Counted from the first letter of the stretch, positions 38,091-51,440 are shown. The stretch: 64,000 nt of DNA from Rhina ancylostomus (GCA_030265395.1 JARFYF010000051.1:15235223-15299222); one strand, 5' to 3'. Program-made: numbers and translations. The notes: generated from the sequence alone by a model not told the origin.

Positions 38091-38796
38091 AAAGCCAAGT
38101 TGTTACTCTAGATTTGTTTAATATGTCATCTGATAGCTTAACATTCACTCTTGATTTCCCAAGTACAAGTTGTTTATGTAAATCCAGAATATCGGTGATC
38201 CTTAAACTAACACTTATTGAGTAACTCTTATCAGAAATGGAAAAAACTGAAGGCACCATATGGAAAGGGAAAGCAGCTAAATTTGTTAGGTTTGGGGAGG
38301 ATGTGGATATGTTACTGCCCCAGCCTGTGTTCAGTCCATTTTTTAAACACAAGGCACACTTAAACAACAGATTAATGAGAGGTTAATTGTTCATCTGAAC
38401 AGGTCAGATTAGAAGCTCTTTATTATTCCTTCTCTGCTCTGTTCGATCCAGTGTAAATGTCATATTCTGTTCTCTTTAAACATGATAAATTCTTCTATTA
38501 CTGTAAATATAAAACTGCATTTCTTCACACAAATTGGTTTTTCTACCACATTGAATTTCACTACTAGTAAACACATTAAACTGAATAAAGGTCAAACAAA
38601 TTAGCTACGGCAGTTGAATTAGCAGTGTGACTGACGGCTGGGGTACACGATTTTGCTCAAAGGAGCTGTGCGATGTGGCACTTAATTTTTCATGATTTGG
38701 GCTCTGGTACACCCGGTGTTGATGCAGAAAAAATTCAGCTGCTTTAAATGGCCTTCATTTTGGGTTTAAGGTAATTCATTTTTTAATTAACATGCT

Positions 38797-39610
38797 GCCA
38801 GTTATAGCTCCGTGGGTATCATCCTCCTGCCTTTGAGTTGGAAGGTCATGAGCTCAAACTTCACTGTAGAGACTTAAACACACAGTCTAGGGTTAACTGG
38901 ATCATAGGAATCGTTTCTGAGATGAGAAGATAATCCTATGAGAACAGATTACGTAACTCAATACTCTATAGAGTTTAGAAAACAGCAAAGACAATCTCAT
39001 TGAAACATAATATTCTGAGAGGGATTCACATGATAGCTATTGAGATGTTAACTTTGTCTGAACAGTCTAGATCTAGGGGCATTGTCTGGAGAAATGGAGT
39101 TGGCCCATTTAAAAGTGAGATGAGAAGAAGTTTTTGTTATAATTCATTACCCCAAGGCCTGTGGGTGCTCAGTTATTGAATATGTTCACAACAGCGATTC
39201 ATTTTTGGGCTCATAGGCATATGATGGATATAAGGATTGGGTGTAAAACTGGATTTGAAGTCAAGGATCTGCTGTGATCTTAATGTTTGGCAGGACAGGC
39301 TCAAGGTGCATTTGGCTTTCTACTATTTCGCATGTTCTTGTGGTCTCCTTGCAGTACTTAGAGGAGCCATGCACTGTCAGATGCCTCACCTTTTGGGTGA
39401 GGCGTTGAACTGAGATTCTATCTGCACTCATGGATCTTACCTAATATCTGTCCTTCAGTGAAATGAATTAGTCAATTGTTGTATCATGTTTGTTGGTTCT
39501 TGCCCTGCACAAATTGGTTGATATCTTTCCCACATATGAACGTTTGTTTTAAGGTGCTTTAGGACATCATGACATGTGCTAGTTAAATGCAAATCTGCCT
39601 CATACTTTCT
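38797..39610 (+). mobile_element. SacSINE1/DeuSINE-like SINE interrupted by a CR1 3' fragment (about 38930-39340)
   Basis: tRNA-like head (tagctccgtggg..aaggtcatgagctcaaac), resumes at gcagtacttagaggag..gcactgtcaga, L2-type tail gtgctagttaaatgcaaatct. Confidence 0.65.
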
Positions 39611-40006
39611 TCAGTTCATACCAAGTAATTTAAAAGAGGTAAACTGCACGCGACTCCCAAGTTACATCAATTTGGATAACAGAAATTTGCTGTTACATAG
39701 TTCACAAATCACTATCAAAAAAAATCAGAGATATGGAATAAAAACTCGCTCCTACGAAATTTATGTGCAAAAAAAGCAACATTTTTAAACTCATATTTCT
39801 TGATGTGTATGGAGATGATGCAACCTCATATTACGGAAGATAATGATATGGACCATTTTCTAGGAATGCCACCCCCCTCCCCCCCCCCCCCATCAGTAAA
39901 GCAGGAGGCTCACCTGTATAATACCACATGACATTTCCTGCATTGAAGAGGCAAACAGACCCTCATCTCCAAGTTGGACATTCAGATCTTGGTCTTTTTG
40001 TCCCCT

Positions 40007-40362
40007 TAGAATATGGAATGGTACAGCACAGGAACAGGCCCTTCGGCCCACAATGTCTTTGCCAACCATGATGCCAAATTAAGCTATTTCCATCTGCCTG
40101 CACGCAATCCATATCCCTTCATTTCCTGCATGTTCATGTGCCTGTCTAAATGCCTCTTAAACCTCACTATTGTATCCTCTTACACCACCCACCCACCCAC
40201 CCACCTCCCCTGGGCAGTGTGCTCCAGGCACCTACCACACTCTGTAACTTGCCTCATAAATCTCCATTAAACTCCCCCCCCTCCCCTGAAAAACCATGCC
40301 CTCTAGTATTTGACATTTCCACCCTGGAAAAAGGACTCTGACTGTCTACCCTATCTATGACT
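40007..40362 (-). mobile_element. CR1-type LINE 3' end
   Basis: IDRVDSQSPFSRVEMSNTRGHGF; tail gtacagcacaggaacaggcccttcggcccac. Confidence 0.9.
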
Positions 40363-42171
40363 TGTCTTCTGTATAGATAGGATAAATTTTGAATGAATTC
40401 TGCGGCGGGAATGTGACCTATTCCAAATAAAATATTGATGAACAGCATCAGGATGCATCACTCTCCACCCAGAAACACAGAACCAATGCATGAGTACCAA
40501 AGATTCAGATTGGAGCTTTCATCTGGGGGAGAGGTGGGAAATTTACATTCTGCTGCAAAGCTGTTATGTGCATTTTGCTGTATTTGCAGATGGTATTGCT
40601 CCTTTTTTTCTCATTACCCTTGGCAATAGATAGGGTTATTTTACAGCAAGCCATATGTTGCAGTATTATTACTTGTCTCCAGGAAGGTCTTTACTGTAGT
40701 GCTTCCATTGCCATATTACATCCAATAAAAAGCGATGCTTGCATTAAATGGATAAAGGTCAAGTATATGGTAAGTTAAGTAGTTTTGAAGAGTATTTTAG
40801 AGTTGTGAAAAGTCTGTGAATGCTTTTTGGCTTGGATCTCAGCTGCTTCAGGAAATGGAAGCTAAAGTGAGAACAATGGTCTGGCTGTCATGTGCCTGTA
40901 CACTTGTCAGAGATGAGGAGATTGGAGAGGGTTATTGATGCAAACATTGTTAGGTGATTAAGAACATGAAGTTGAATGGATGTGAAGACTAGGCCCCATG
41001 TACTTAGGAACTCTTCTGAGTTTGTTAAGTTCACATGTACAATGTGGCAGAGAGCTTACACTGACAGGAAGACAGCTGAATGAGTGGATGAACTAAATGA
41101 CACGAATGCAGATCTTGTAAAAGAAGAGCTGCTGGAGAGAGAGGCTGCTAAAAGGCATAAATTAGGCTATACTACAACAGACAATAATAATTTGCATTCA
41201 AGTAGCACCTTTTTAATGACGACAGCAGCCATAGAGTATAAGAATGAACTGGCTTCAAGCACTAGACATTATTGAGGATACTGTTTGAAAAGCAGAATGA
41301 GAAACTGAAGTGTGGGAGGATACGATGGATATCGTAACAGCAGATGACTCAAGTGTGCAGTTGGGCAGTTATTTTTGTCCTGATATTCAACAGGGTTGTG
41401 ATTAATCATCATGCATAAGATTGCGGAATTTGAGATGGTGGCTGAGCTGATGCAGAGCAAAAGACAGAAGCCACTGGTTAGAATCAATGTAAAAATAAAT
41501 GACTCAAGGATAGCTCTGAGATGAATTTGTCCATATTGCAAGCAAGTTCAAGGAGATACTCTGTAAATTTGGTCTGTTGCTGTTCTCTGGAAAAAAAGAG
41601 TTAATGAATAGAGCTGAATTAGCATCTAGCCAGTTGGTGCAAGTCAAATCCTGGTAGATTTCGAAATAACTGGAATTATTCAGGGTTAAACTAGATTTCT
41701 ATGCAAGAAATGGCTGTATACAGCACCATCAGGGAGATCAACCATTACTGTAGGGGAAGGTTTGTTTTACCAGATTCCACGTTTGATGGGTGAAGGCTAT
41801 AATTATAGATAAACAGAACTTGGAGAGAAACCAGAAGACAGGAGAATAATACAGTAAAGTAAATCCAGGCAAAGTAAACAGAGTCTTAATTGCAGTCTTT
41901 ACTTTTTTCTTAAATTGTTAAGTGTCTATATGATAGGATCGCAGAAACAAAACTTAAAGCTTATCCAAAGAGTAGCATGTCATAAATACAAGGACTTGAG
42001 TTTGCTCTCTAGTCTGCATTGAATTCATGATCTCAGCTAAGAAAATGTTGAAACAGTTAAGATTAAGAGCAGAAAATTCAGAATTCTATGCCCAATGTTT
42101 GTGGAGGTAGGTGAAATTAAGACTGACTAAAGTGGGGACATTCTACCTCTATGTACAGTGCCCATGTAAAA

Positions 42172-42580
42172 GAAAGGCCATTTGAGCAAAGTATAGGTGA
42201 ATGGCTAGAAACCATGGAACTAAGGTACAGGAGAATGATTAAAAATACAGTGAATTAAAGCACAAGAGAATGATTGTCATTCATGGAGCTGAGGTACAAG
42301 TAAATGATTGCAATACATGGAGTTTAGGTGCAGGAGAATGATTAGAATCCATGGAGATAAGCTACAGGATAATGACCAAAATCCATGGAGCTCAACAACA
42401 GGAGAATGATCAGAATCCAAAGAGCTGAGTTGCATGAGAATGTCCACCATCCAATGAACTGAAGAACAGGAAAATGAGTTATATCTGTGTAGCAGCAGTC
42501 CAGGAGAAACACAATCATCCATGAAATTGAGGAAGAGAAAAATGATCAATAGCCATGAAGTTGTATCTTAGGACGGAGTC
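42172..42580 (+). repeat. Diverged 34-bp minisatellite, about 12 units (consensus approx. tagaatccatggagctgaggtacaggagaatgat)
   Basis: Units start at 42206, 42240, 42275, 42309, 42343, 42377, 42411, 42445, 42479, 42513 and 42547. Confidence 0.9.
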
Positions 42581-42689
42581 AAAGTCTGTATAGAGGATTA
42601 CATTAGCAATATGGAATGAATTCAAAGTGGAGAATACAGAATGTTATAGAATATATAATAGAAAAGATGGGGGGAATGATTGCAGTGAT

Positions 42690-43248
42690 TATTGTGTAGA
42701 GGATCGTCGAAGATAGCAGAGGGACATTGACAGGATGCAGAGTTGGGCTGAGAAATGGCAGATGGAGTTTAATCCGGAGAAGTGTGAGGTGGTACACTTT
42801 GGAAGGGCAGACTCCAAGGCAAAGTACAAAGTTAATGGCAGGAGGTAGAATGGGTAGTGTGGAGCAGCAGAGGGATCTGGGTGTTTGTATCCACAGATCT
42901 CTGACAGTTGCCTCACAGGTGGATAGGGTAGTTAAGAAAGCTTATGGGATGTTAGNNNNNNNNNNNNNNNNNNNNNNNNNNNNNNNNNNNNNNNNNNNNN
43001 NNNNNNNNNNNNNNNNNNNNNNNNNNNNNNNNNNNNNNNNNNNNNNNNNNNNNNNATGGAATGCGCTGCCTGGGGTGGTGGAGGCAAGTACATTGGTCAA
43101 ATTCAAGAGAGTGCTAGGTAAGCATCTGGAGGAATTTAAAATAGAGGGATATGTGGGAGGAAGAGGTTAGATAGTCTTAGGTGAGGTTTATAGGTCAACA
43201 ACATTGTAGGCCGAAGGGCCTGTATTGTGCTGTACTGTTCTATGTTCT
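42690..43248 (+). mobile_element. CR1-type LINE 3' region spanning a gap
   Basis: gagttgggctgagaaatggcagatggagtttaatccggagaagtgtgagg; RDLGVCIHRSLTVASQVDRVVKKAYG; tail tgttctatgttcta. Confidence 0.93.
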
Positions 43249-43610
43249 AGTATTTGGAAATTAAGAAAGTTTGTTTTCTTTCCATGTTTTTGACAGGATG
43301 TACATGTATTTTTATGAGGTAACATGCGGAGATAATGTAATATCATCTGACTTAAACAGATTGAAAATTGGTGATACTTGAAATGAATCAGGAGAATGTG
43401 GTAAAAGTTGTTAATGATCTCATGATAATTCACTTCAAGGTTTGGTTTTTACAAATAATGTAGAAGTAATGGGCCCTCTGGGGAACAGTCACTAAATCAA
43501 GACTTAATTTCATATTGCCTAGGAGAAGTCAGCAACTTGAATATCATTTCACCATGTGACTACCAAGAGCAATAGCACATTAATTAAGTTACTGGACAAA
43601 TATCCAGGGG

Positions 43611-44345
43611 CCTAAAATGAAACAGAAACTGCTGAAAATATACAGCAGGTCAGGCTGCGTATGTGGAAAGAGAAACTAAGTCAGCATTTCAGGTCGGTGA
43701 CCCTTCATAAGAACTGAAAAGAAGACAAGATAAAGCTTGTAAAGCTGCATGGTGGGTGGGGAGGGGTTGTCTGATAGGGTGAGCATGGAATAAGATGTAA
43801 ACAAGGTCATATGAATGACTGAATGGGAGCAGTTAGAGGGTGAGACCATAGACAAAAGTACCTAGGCAAAATAGTGTGGAAGTTGCAAAACGCAGAGCAG
43901 GAGGCAAAGCCCAGTAGGCCATGCTGGGCATGTCCTCTACTCCCAGAGGGAAAACAAGCGGGGGAAATAAAACTGAGCTAATATTGCAGATGGAATATTC
44001 GGCCTACTGGGCTTGTCCTCCTGCTCTGCATTTCTCAACTACCACATTCTTTTGTCTATGTTCTCACCCTGTCATTGCTCCCATTCAATCATTGACTATA
44101 TAACCTTGTTTACAGTTTATCCCCACGGTCATCCCAGTTTTACCCTATCAGAGACACCCTTCTCCCCCACCCTCCTTGCAGGTGTACAAGCTTCTTTTGT
44201 CTCCTTTTCAGTTCTGATGAAAAGTCTGTGACCTGGGACTGTTGACTTATTTCTCTTCCCACAGATGTGACCTGACCTATTGAGTATTTCCAGCATTTTC
44301 TGTTTTTGTTTTTGATTTCTAGCATCTGGTTTTTTTTTGTTGATT
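43611..44345. mobile_element. Inverted (palindromic) Penelope-type insertion: left arm 43611-43920 (-), spacer 43921-44000, right arm 44001-~44320 (+)
   Basis: gcccagtaggcc (43909-20) pairs with ggcctactgggc (44001-12); colinear complementarity continues out to the ctgacct..gagtatttccagc termini; hammerhead-like cores in both arms. Confidence 0.85.
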
Positions 44346-44348
44346 TTT

Positions 44349-44700
44349 ACTATCTGGAGGCCTGGACTATTGATCTTGAGGCACAAGTTCAATTGCATTG
44401 CTGCAACTGAGAATTTAAATCCCGTTAATTAAACATGTTGAGAATAAAAGCTGGTATCAGAAATGATGATTGTGAAAATGCCAGTTCTTGTTAAAGCCCT
44501 GGTGCATTAGCATCCTTTAGGGGAAAAAAATTATCATACTTTGCTGATCAGGACCATTTGCAGCTCCAGACCATAGCAATGTGGTTGACTTTTTATTTCA
44601 CCCTGAATTAACTTAGCAAGTCACTTAGTTCAAGGACCAATTAGGGATGGCAGAGAATGCTGGCCTTGTCAGCAACATCCACATTCCATGAACAAAATTT
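44349..44700 (+). mobile_element. SINE (family name uncertain); its 5' stub lies at about 43570-43613
   Basis: aataaaagctggtatcag..cctttagggg..ctccagaccatagcaatgtggttgact..ttagggatgg..tgctggccttgtcagcaacatccacattccatgaa. Confidence 0.75.
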
Positions 44701-45599
44701 GAAAAATTATGGTGAACTAGTTATAGCTTGGACTGTTGCAAGCAGTTCATGATACACCAATGGTTGTGTATCTTAATGATTAAACCAGATTGAACATATT
44801 TAACATGCTGTATGTAATTTAATTTTTACAATGTACAAATATTGTATTTATATTACACTTTAATATAAAAGTTATCAGTGATATACGGAACATTGCATAT
44901 CACTGCCATTTGGCTGATGGAAGGATCCTACAAACAAAAATAAACCACTGTCTTTTTTTGCAGTCCTGGAAAAATGTTGGTCAGGTTGAAATCTTTAACA
45001 TCTACCTCGGTAGCCTTCAGTTTAATGTTTCCTCCAAAGAAAAATTTATTTGACAATCCAGGAGCCCCTCAGGCTTTGCATGACGATGTCAAACTAAATT
45101 ATAAGGGCTGATATTTTCCAGCGTGAGACTGTTGCCTACACTTGCATCATTAACTTGAACTTACCTGCATGGGGCCCAGACTGGGTAGCAGCAGGGCCTT
45201 GATTGACAAAGTGGGGTTATGCAGGGGACCACAATGGGCCCTGCCCACAAAACTTATGTGGAAGCCTTTGAAGCCAGCAGAACCCTGCCCCCAACTTTAA
45301 AGTCTGTCAAAGTTGTCAAAACTCCAACATTTGGAAACATTTCAGAACTATTTAAAATACTTTTTTTAAATGTTGATCCTAAAAGAATAAAAATGCTGCA
45401 GGGTCTAGGGTCAGAGTGCAGCCAGGAATTTGGTGGAGCTTAGTTACTAAATTCAGGCCTTCTGTGCTCACTCTGGATTCTTGAAACATACACACATTTG
45501 CATTGAGAAATGCCAGAAATTCAGTGCGGAATATGCTAAGCACTAAGCTCTCGGCCAAGGCTAGAATCACAAAGACCAGCATTCTGACCCAAGGGTGAA

Positions 45600-46960
45600 A
45601 CAAGGAGGTTGTATGATATCTCTGGTAGCTGTCTGTCCTGTAAGGTGATGATTTGCATCTTCATTGTCAACTGCATGTTGAAGGTTGTCTGATGTGGTAC
45701 AGGCATGTTGCCCTTTGGTTTCTCTGCATCCTCTTCTCAGCCAACTGAGTTTTCATTTAACTTCACCTCTTCCACTGCTGTTCTGAATATTCAACCTCCG
45801 GTGGTCCTGACTGGCAGCGAACTTCCATTTGTGTGTTGATACCCACCACATTCATTTCTCATTTACAGTTGTCCTTGTGGTGGAGATATGGGCATCCAAG
45901 ACGTTGAGACTAGTGGCCAGTTCACCGTTCAGAATGTCTGTAAGAATAATGTCATCATCCATGAAATGGCTGTGGCTGATCTACTGCAAATGATGCTGGC
46001 TTAGGAATGAATGTATGTTGGCAGTCTTTGCACACTCCAGGATCTGTAAATTGGTGACTTTGACCTGCTTCGGATGTCTCTAAGACAGGAAAGGTAGAGA
46101 ATGTTCAGCCTTTCCTTCAATGTATACGTTGTCTAGATTTCATTGCTGTTGAAAAGTTACTAAGACCATAGGCATTGTAAACTTGAAGTTTGATGTTCTC
46201 CATCGGTAACTGTTGGTCCTTGCTCATCTTTACATAACAATTGCAGCTTTTTATAATATATATGTGAATTTCAGCATGAAGTGACAGATTAGTTATTGTG
46301 TATGTCACCAAACTCAAGAAGACATTATCAATGCTAACCAGTGGCAGGGTTCTGAGCCATGATGTACATCCTTCTGATTTTGATACTCAATTTAAATGCT
46401 TTACAAGCATTATAAGAGTTGTTCTTAAGTATAGAGTCCTATTACAGCTTAGTCATCAGAGTTTAATTAACTCCCTAATGACAATCTGGCTGTCTGTTGT
46501 ATTGTTCCTTAGGCAGGCAAGGCTGAAAAGCATTCCATTTGTTCTGTTATGTAAATGTACCCTCTGTGGATGTGAAGGCATATGACTGCATCACCAAGAA
46601 GAATATGCCAAAGAGTTTTGGTGCCAGAGTGCAACCTTGTTTGACACCATTGCAGTTCTCTAAGGGTTCCACTGTTGTCCCAGTACAATTCACCTTATCC
46701 CTTGTGTTAACGTGAAAGGAGTAGATGCCACTGAGCAGCTTCAGCAACTTAAGTGAACAGTCCCTACTTTCACAACTGAATGCTCCGGTGAGATCGATAA
46801 AGGCAATATATAATGGCATTTCTCTTATGACTGCTGAGTTGTGAATATCATATGAATCATGGTTCTCCCGATTCTAAGATCTCAGATCTGGGGTAAATAC
46901 TTTCAACCAAGAACTCTGCTCTAGATGGGTATCGCGTGCAAATACTTTTCCTACAATGCC
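45600..46960 (-). mobile_element. RTE-clade LINE, degenerate RT region
   Basis: PLYIAFIDLTGAF...GVKQGCTLAPKLFGIFF, characteristic of RTE/BovB-like RT; downstream IKLQVYNA. Confidence 0.85.
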
Positions 46961-47559
46961 AATTGAAAGTGTTCTCGATATTAAAAAATTCAAGGGATAG
47001 TGCAGGGAAATGCAAGAATATCAGCATGATCTTGATGAATGGTGGAACTGGCTTGAAGGACCAAATAGCCTATTCCTACTACTAATTCTTATGTTCATAT
47101 GTTACTCCAAGCAGCTCTTAATGCATTCAGAGTTTCTTCACTCAGGTCTTTGTTGTAGTTAATGAGGGTGGATCACTTGGCTTCATTGACAGGTTCCATT
47201 ACAGCAATGTTGGCCTCAAACCAGACAGTATTTTCTGTTCCTTTACTGAGAGTGCAGTATTGTAATTGATGTATTGAATTGTATTCCAATTTGCTCCTGC
47301 ACTCGTGTGGGAGTACCGGAGAGTGTTTGTTCACTGGATTCAAAGAATTGTTGTTCTTATCTGTATAGATAGTATGGCAGACATTGATGCAGGGACAGCC
47401 TTTCTACTTTGAGTGGAAAGCAGAATATAGAACCAAATTGGAAAATAATTTGATACACTATTTACAGCACTAGATTCTCAATATATAAGGGAAATAAGAA
47501 CAGCAATTGTTGTGTTCTATATCTCACAGTTAGAGTATTGGGTATTTTTCTTTCCTCTG

Positions 47560-47860
47560 TCGCATTAATCTTCCTCTATTTACACCACCTCCGACAGATC
47601 AGCTGCAATAAATAAGCCTTCAGCACCCTTTCTCAGTCAGCATCACCACCATCTATGCTATTCAATTTCTCTGTATCTACAGATCTTTGTTCTCTCCATC
47701 TCCCTTCTCTGCAATATAAAACCTGCTATTCTAATTTTTTCTAGTTCTGGTTATTAACCCAAAATGTTAACTCTTTTTCTCTCTCTACAGATGCTGCCTG
47801 ACCTGCTGAGTATTTCCAGCATTTTCTGTCTTTATTTCAGATTTTCTGCATCTGCGGCCT
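47560..47860 (+). mobile_element. Penelope-type terminal repeat (core deleted)
   Basis: ctctgcaatataaa..agttctgg..aaaatgttaactctttttctctctctacagatgctgcctgacctgctgagtatttccagcattttctg. Confidence 0.75.
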
Positions 47861-49879
47861 TTTGACTTTGTAATTCTATATTGGTGTTCACTTATTGTGA
47901 TATATGCTTGAGGATTTTTGATAGAGAATACAAGGGACAAATATATATCATTTTCTGTTTAACAGAGGTGCTGATTTATTTCAAGAAATCAAATTAAATC
48001 TCTGAAAAGTAGGTAAAGAAATTTCATACATTAATTTCAAGGTTTGCACCCTATATTTCATACAAAAGCTGCAGGATTTCCTCCAGAAAGGCTATTTTAT
48101 TCTTTTCCAGAAAGATGCATTTTAAACGTTGTTCCCAAAAAGAACAATTGTGTAAGAGATGGACTCATTACTTGAGTGTCCCTCGACTAACTCCTTGCTT
48201 TGTTAGATTAGATAGTGCCACTGAAGTTGACATTGATATAATTATATTTGGTACAAGGACTGAAAAACACAATTATGCACAGCAGATTTCCTTCTTTACT
48301 AATAGAAATTGGAACTTTGGGTACAAACTACCACATTGGTTAAACTAATCCTGCATTGTGCTACTTGCTTATATTTGTGTCCATTTTGCTCACATCAGGA
48401 GACTTGAATGGCCAATTTCATAATTCACTGCTGGCCGCTGAAGGATCTCAAAATTCACAAAGTGTTCAGGGCTTGCTGTCTCTAGTTCTTAGCTGCTGAG
48501 ATATTCCTTCAGTTGATGGCACAGCGGTAATATCACCAGCAGTACTCAATTGCCAGTCTCTGTAGCTGAGCCAGGGCACAGTCTGTAGTGATGCCTCTTG
48601 CTGCCTCATCAGTGTCAACTATCTATACACAATAAAAGATGTTTGTCTTAAAGAAGGATGCATTTCAGAGATACAGGTGTATTCAGAATCAATTACAGCT
48701 GGAAAAAAATGAATACAAATTTCAAAAATCATTTTTTAATGGAATTGCATACCCTGGCACCATCCCAGTTGTACTACGTTGTATCTGGGTTTTGAATTCC
48801 AAGCACGATGTTGCAGTGTTTCCTGAATGGCCAGTGAAAGGCTTTTCCATCTNNNNNNNNNGTTTCTACAACTTTCCACAACGACCCATGAGAAACGCTT
48901 GACTCTACGAGCTAGTTTCTGACTGTTGCCAGTTTCAGTTGTGGAGCAGTCTGAAATGGCTAGTTGTGGAATATAGGTGAGCATGCTGCCTGAGAGGCTG
49001 TGGTGGGAGGTGATTGGTGCCCACCTGAGGTTGGGGGTTGGGGGGGAGAGGGGAATAATTTGCTTGAACCTTCCTGCCAGACAATTGGTTCATCATCAGT
49101 ACAATAACCTGAGCAGTCAGGCTGCTAATCCATTATTTCAAGTTCCATACCCGGATCTCTGCTGGCTGACACCTCATCACGACTGTCTGATTAGTGCTGT
49201 TTTTATGCTTCTCCTCAAATGAGACCAGATGGAGTTATATTGCATTTGGTAGCAACGTGGTCTTAATGCATCTTAGATCCAGAGGACAAAGGATCTTTAC
49301 ATTTCTACTGCTTAGGGTGAAGTAACATTTCCTTGGTTACCATTTCATTGTGTGCTGTTCTGGGATATGACTTGGAACTATTGAACACTTTCTAACAAGA
49401 CCAGTGCTGGAACTACAAAATGGGTATGAAGGACTTGAGTTTTTTTTTATATATTTATCTTTTCTCACATGTACTGATTTTGATACTGGACAAAGAAAAG
49501 GCATTTTAATCCTCAAAAGGACAACAGTTTTTAATGAAAATATTATAACTTGTAATTTACTATGTCATTAAGAATATAGCATTAACTTGTCTCAAATTAA
49601 AAAAATGGAATGTAATGGATTCACAGTTTGACAAATAATTCATTGAGCAAAGAAAGGGAATTGCTTAATGGAATTTTTGATATATCGAATTAATTATGCA
49701 GTTTGCTAACAGTGTGAAAGGATTTGTTTTGAGTAATGTCTATGTATAAATCACAATAGCAATAACAAAATAATTGCTATCCCTGCTTTGCAAAATCCAG
49801 AAGGTGACTGTCTGCTGCTTAAAAGGAAGATTTAAATGTTGATACCCAGCTTTTTCTTTAGTATCTTGGTCACATTGCA

Positions 49880-50085
49880 CTACCTGCAGGGACAAGTGCT
49901 GCAGATACAGGAGAGGAACTTCACCTTGAATTTTGCATGCCGCAAGTTGGACATATGTCCCTGTTCTTCATTCATCACTGGGTCAAAATCCTGGAACTCC
50001 ATACCTAATATCTCTCTGCTGTCCACCCCCATCCCCCAACTCAATACAAAAAGATTGCCTACCATGGCCTTCTCAAAGGCAACTC
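49880..50085 (+). mobile_element. LINE 3' end (CR1/L2-type family sharing its tail with the 44349 SINE)
   Basis: ttcattcatcactgggtcaaaatcctggaactccatacctaa..ccttctcaaaggcaact. Confidence 0.65.
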
Positions 50086-51254
50086 AAAATTTTAACCCTG
50101 TTCCTTACTCCATTAATGCTGCTTAACTTTCTGCATATCTCCAGAATTTTCTGCTTTCATATTTCCAGCATCTATAATTTTCTTTGGCCTGTTTAAAGTA
50201 AAACTTTAAAGTAGAAGCAGTAAGTGTAAAGATAAATAGTCAACAATTATCTTCATTTAAATGGAATAAGGCAGGGTAACAGAAAAATCAGCTATTAGAA
50301 GCCCTTAAAAACCAACTGAATATTAGACTAAGAGAGTGAGAGAGATTAGATTCAACTGATCAAATGGTCTTTTTGAATATTTGGCTGTTCTTGAGTAGCA
50401 AAGTGAGGGCTATGTTACAATCCCTACATTATCTGCCTCTTGGATCTTATCAAAGCCTATAACCTGCTTCAGTGGACTAGAGCTGATGAATACCAGGTCT
50501 GCCTCAGTAGCTGCGCCCTGAGCATCATAACTGTTTGGTGGTGTTCTGCCTCGGGGAACATCAATGTTCTGTGCTTCTCTAGCATCAAATTGATTTTTTT
50601 TAAAGTTTTCATTTTGTAATTATGGCCCATCCATCTTCTTTTGTAATTCAGATCACAGCATCACTTCAGAATTCTTGTCAATCAGATATATACTTCCTTA
50701 CATATCTTCTCTGCTCTTGACTTTTGTTCTTGGATAAGCCATGGGGAACAAAACAAATAAGTTAATTTGTAAAACATTTCAGACTAACGCAAACTCATGT
50801 AGAATGGGGAGCTCTCATAATTTATTTTCAATCTATACCAAGTGAAATGAATTCAGATATGGGTTTATGAGTAATACACTTGGTTCTCACAGTCACAGGA
50901 AAGCAAAAGTCAGCTGTCATTTCCCTTCCTGATAACAGTTCAGTAACCCTGCTAGAAAGTATGTCCTGTGGACAGCACAGCAGGACAGAACTGGGCTTGG
51001 TTGTGATATTGCCACAGATGGATAACCTGTTGACATTTGTTATGTACATGAATAATGAGCACTTACATAATCATTATGTGAATTTAGCTTAAATAGCAGA
51101 CGTCTCTTTGTGAGATATTTGTGGATTAATTGTTCATATTAATGTGTAAATGAAATACTGAAATGTTTTCCATTTTTATGTATATTATCTTTTATGATGA
51201 GACACTAAGCCAAGACCCTGCTTCGCCATTGGATCAACATAAAAGATTATAATT

Positions 51255-51440
51255 GAAGGGCAGGAGTTTCCCAGTGTCCCAGCCAACATGTTTCTCCACG
51301 TCACAACCATTAACTAGTCTTTTTGGTCAATTGCTGTATGCGGAACATTACTGTGTTCATCTACAAGGAAAAAATGACTGCACCTTAAAAGAATTCATTA
51401 GATGCGTTATATTTTGGAAATTCCCCAGGTTGTAATAAAC
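51255..51440 (+). mobile_element. SacSINE1/DeuSINE-like 3' fragment
   Basis: gcaggagtttcccagtgtcccagccaaca..attgctgtatgcgga..tgactgcacctt. Confidence 0.55.

Noticed and set aside
41084-41275. Charged 63-aa ORF (MDELNDTNADLVKEELLEREAAKRHK...)
   Set aside because: No recognisable homology or convincing splice signals; it lies in a region resembling highly decayed LINE sequence.
42172-42580. CRISPR-like periodic array
   Set aside because: No invariant repeat plus unique spacer structure, since whole units are mutually similar; no cas genes; vertebrate context.
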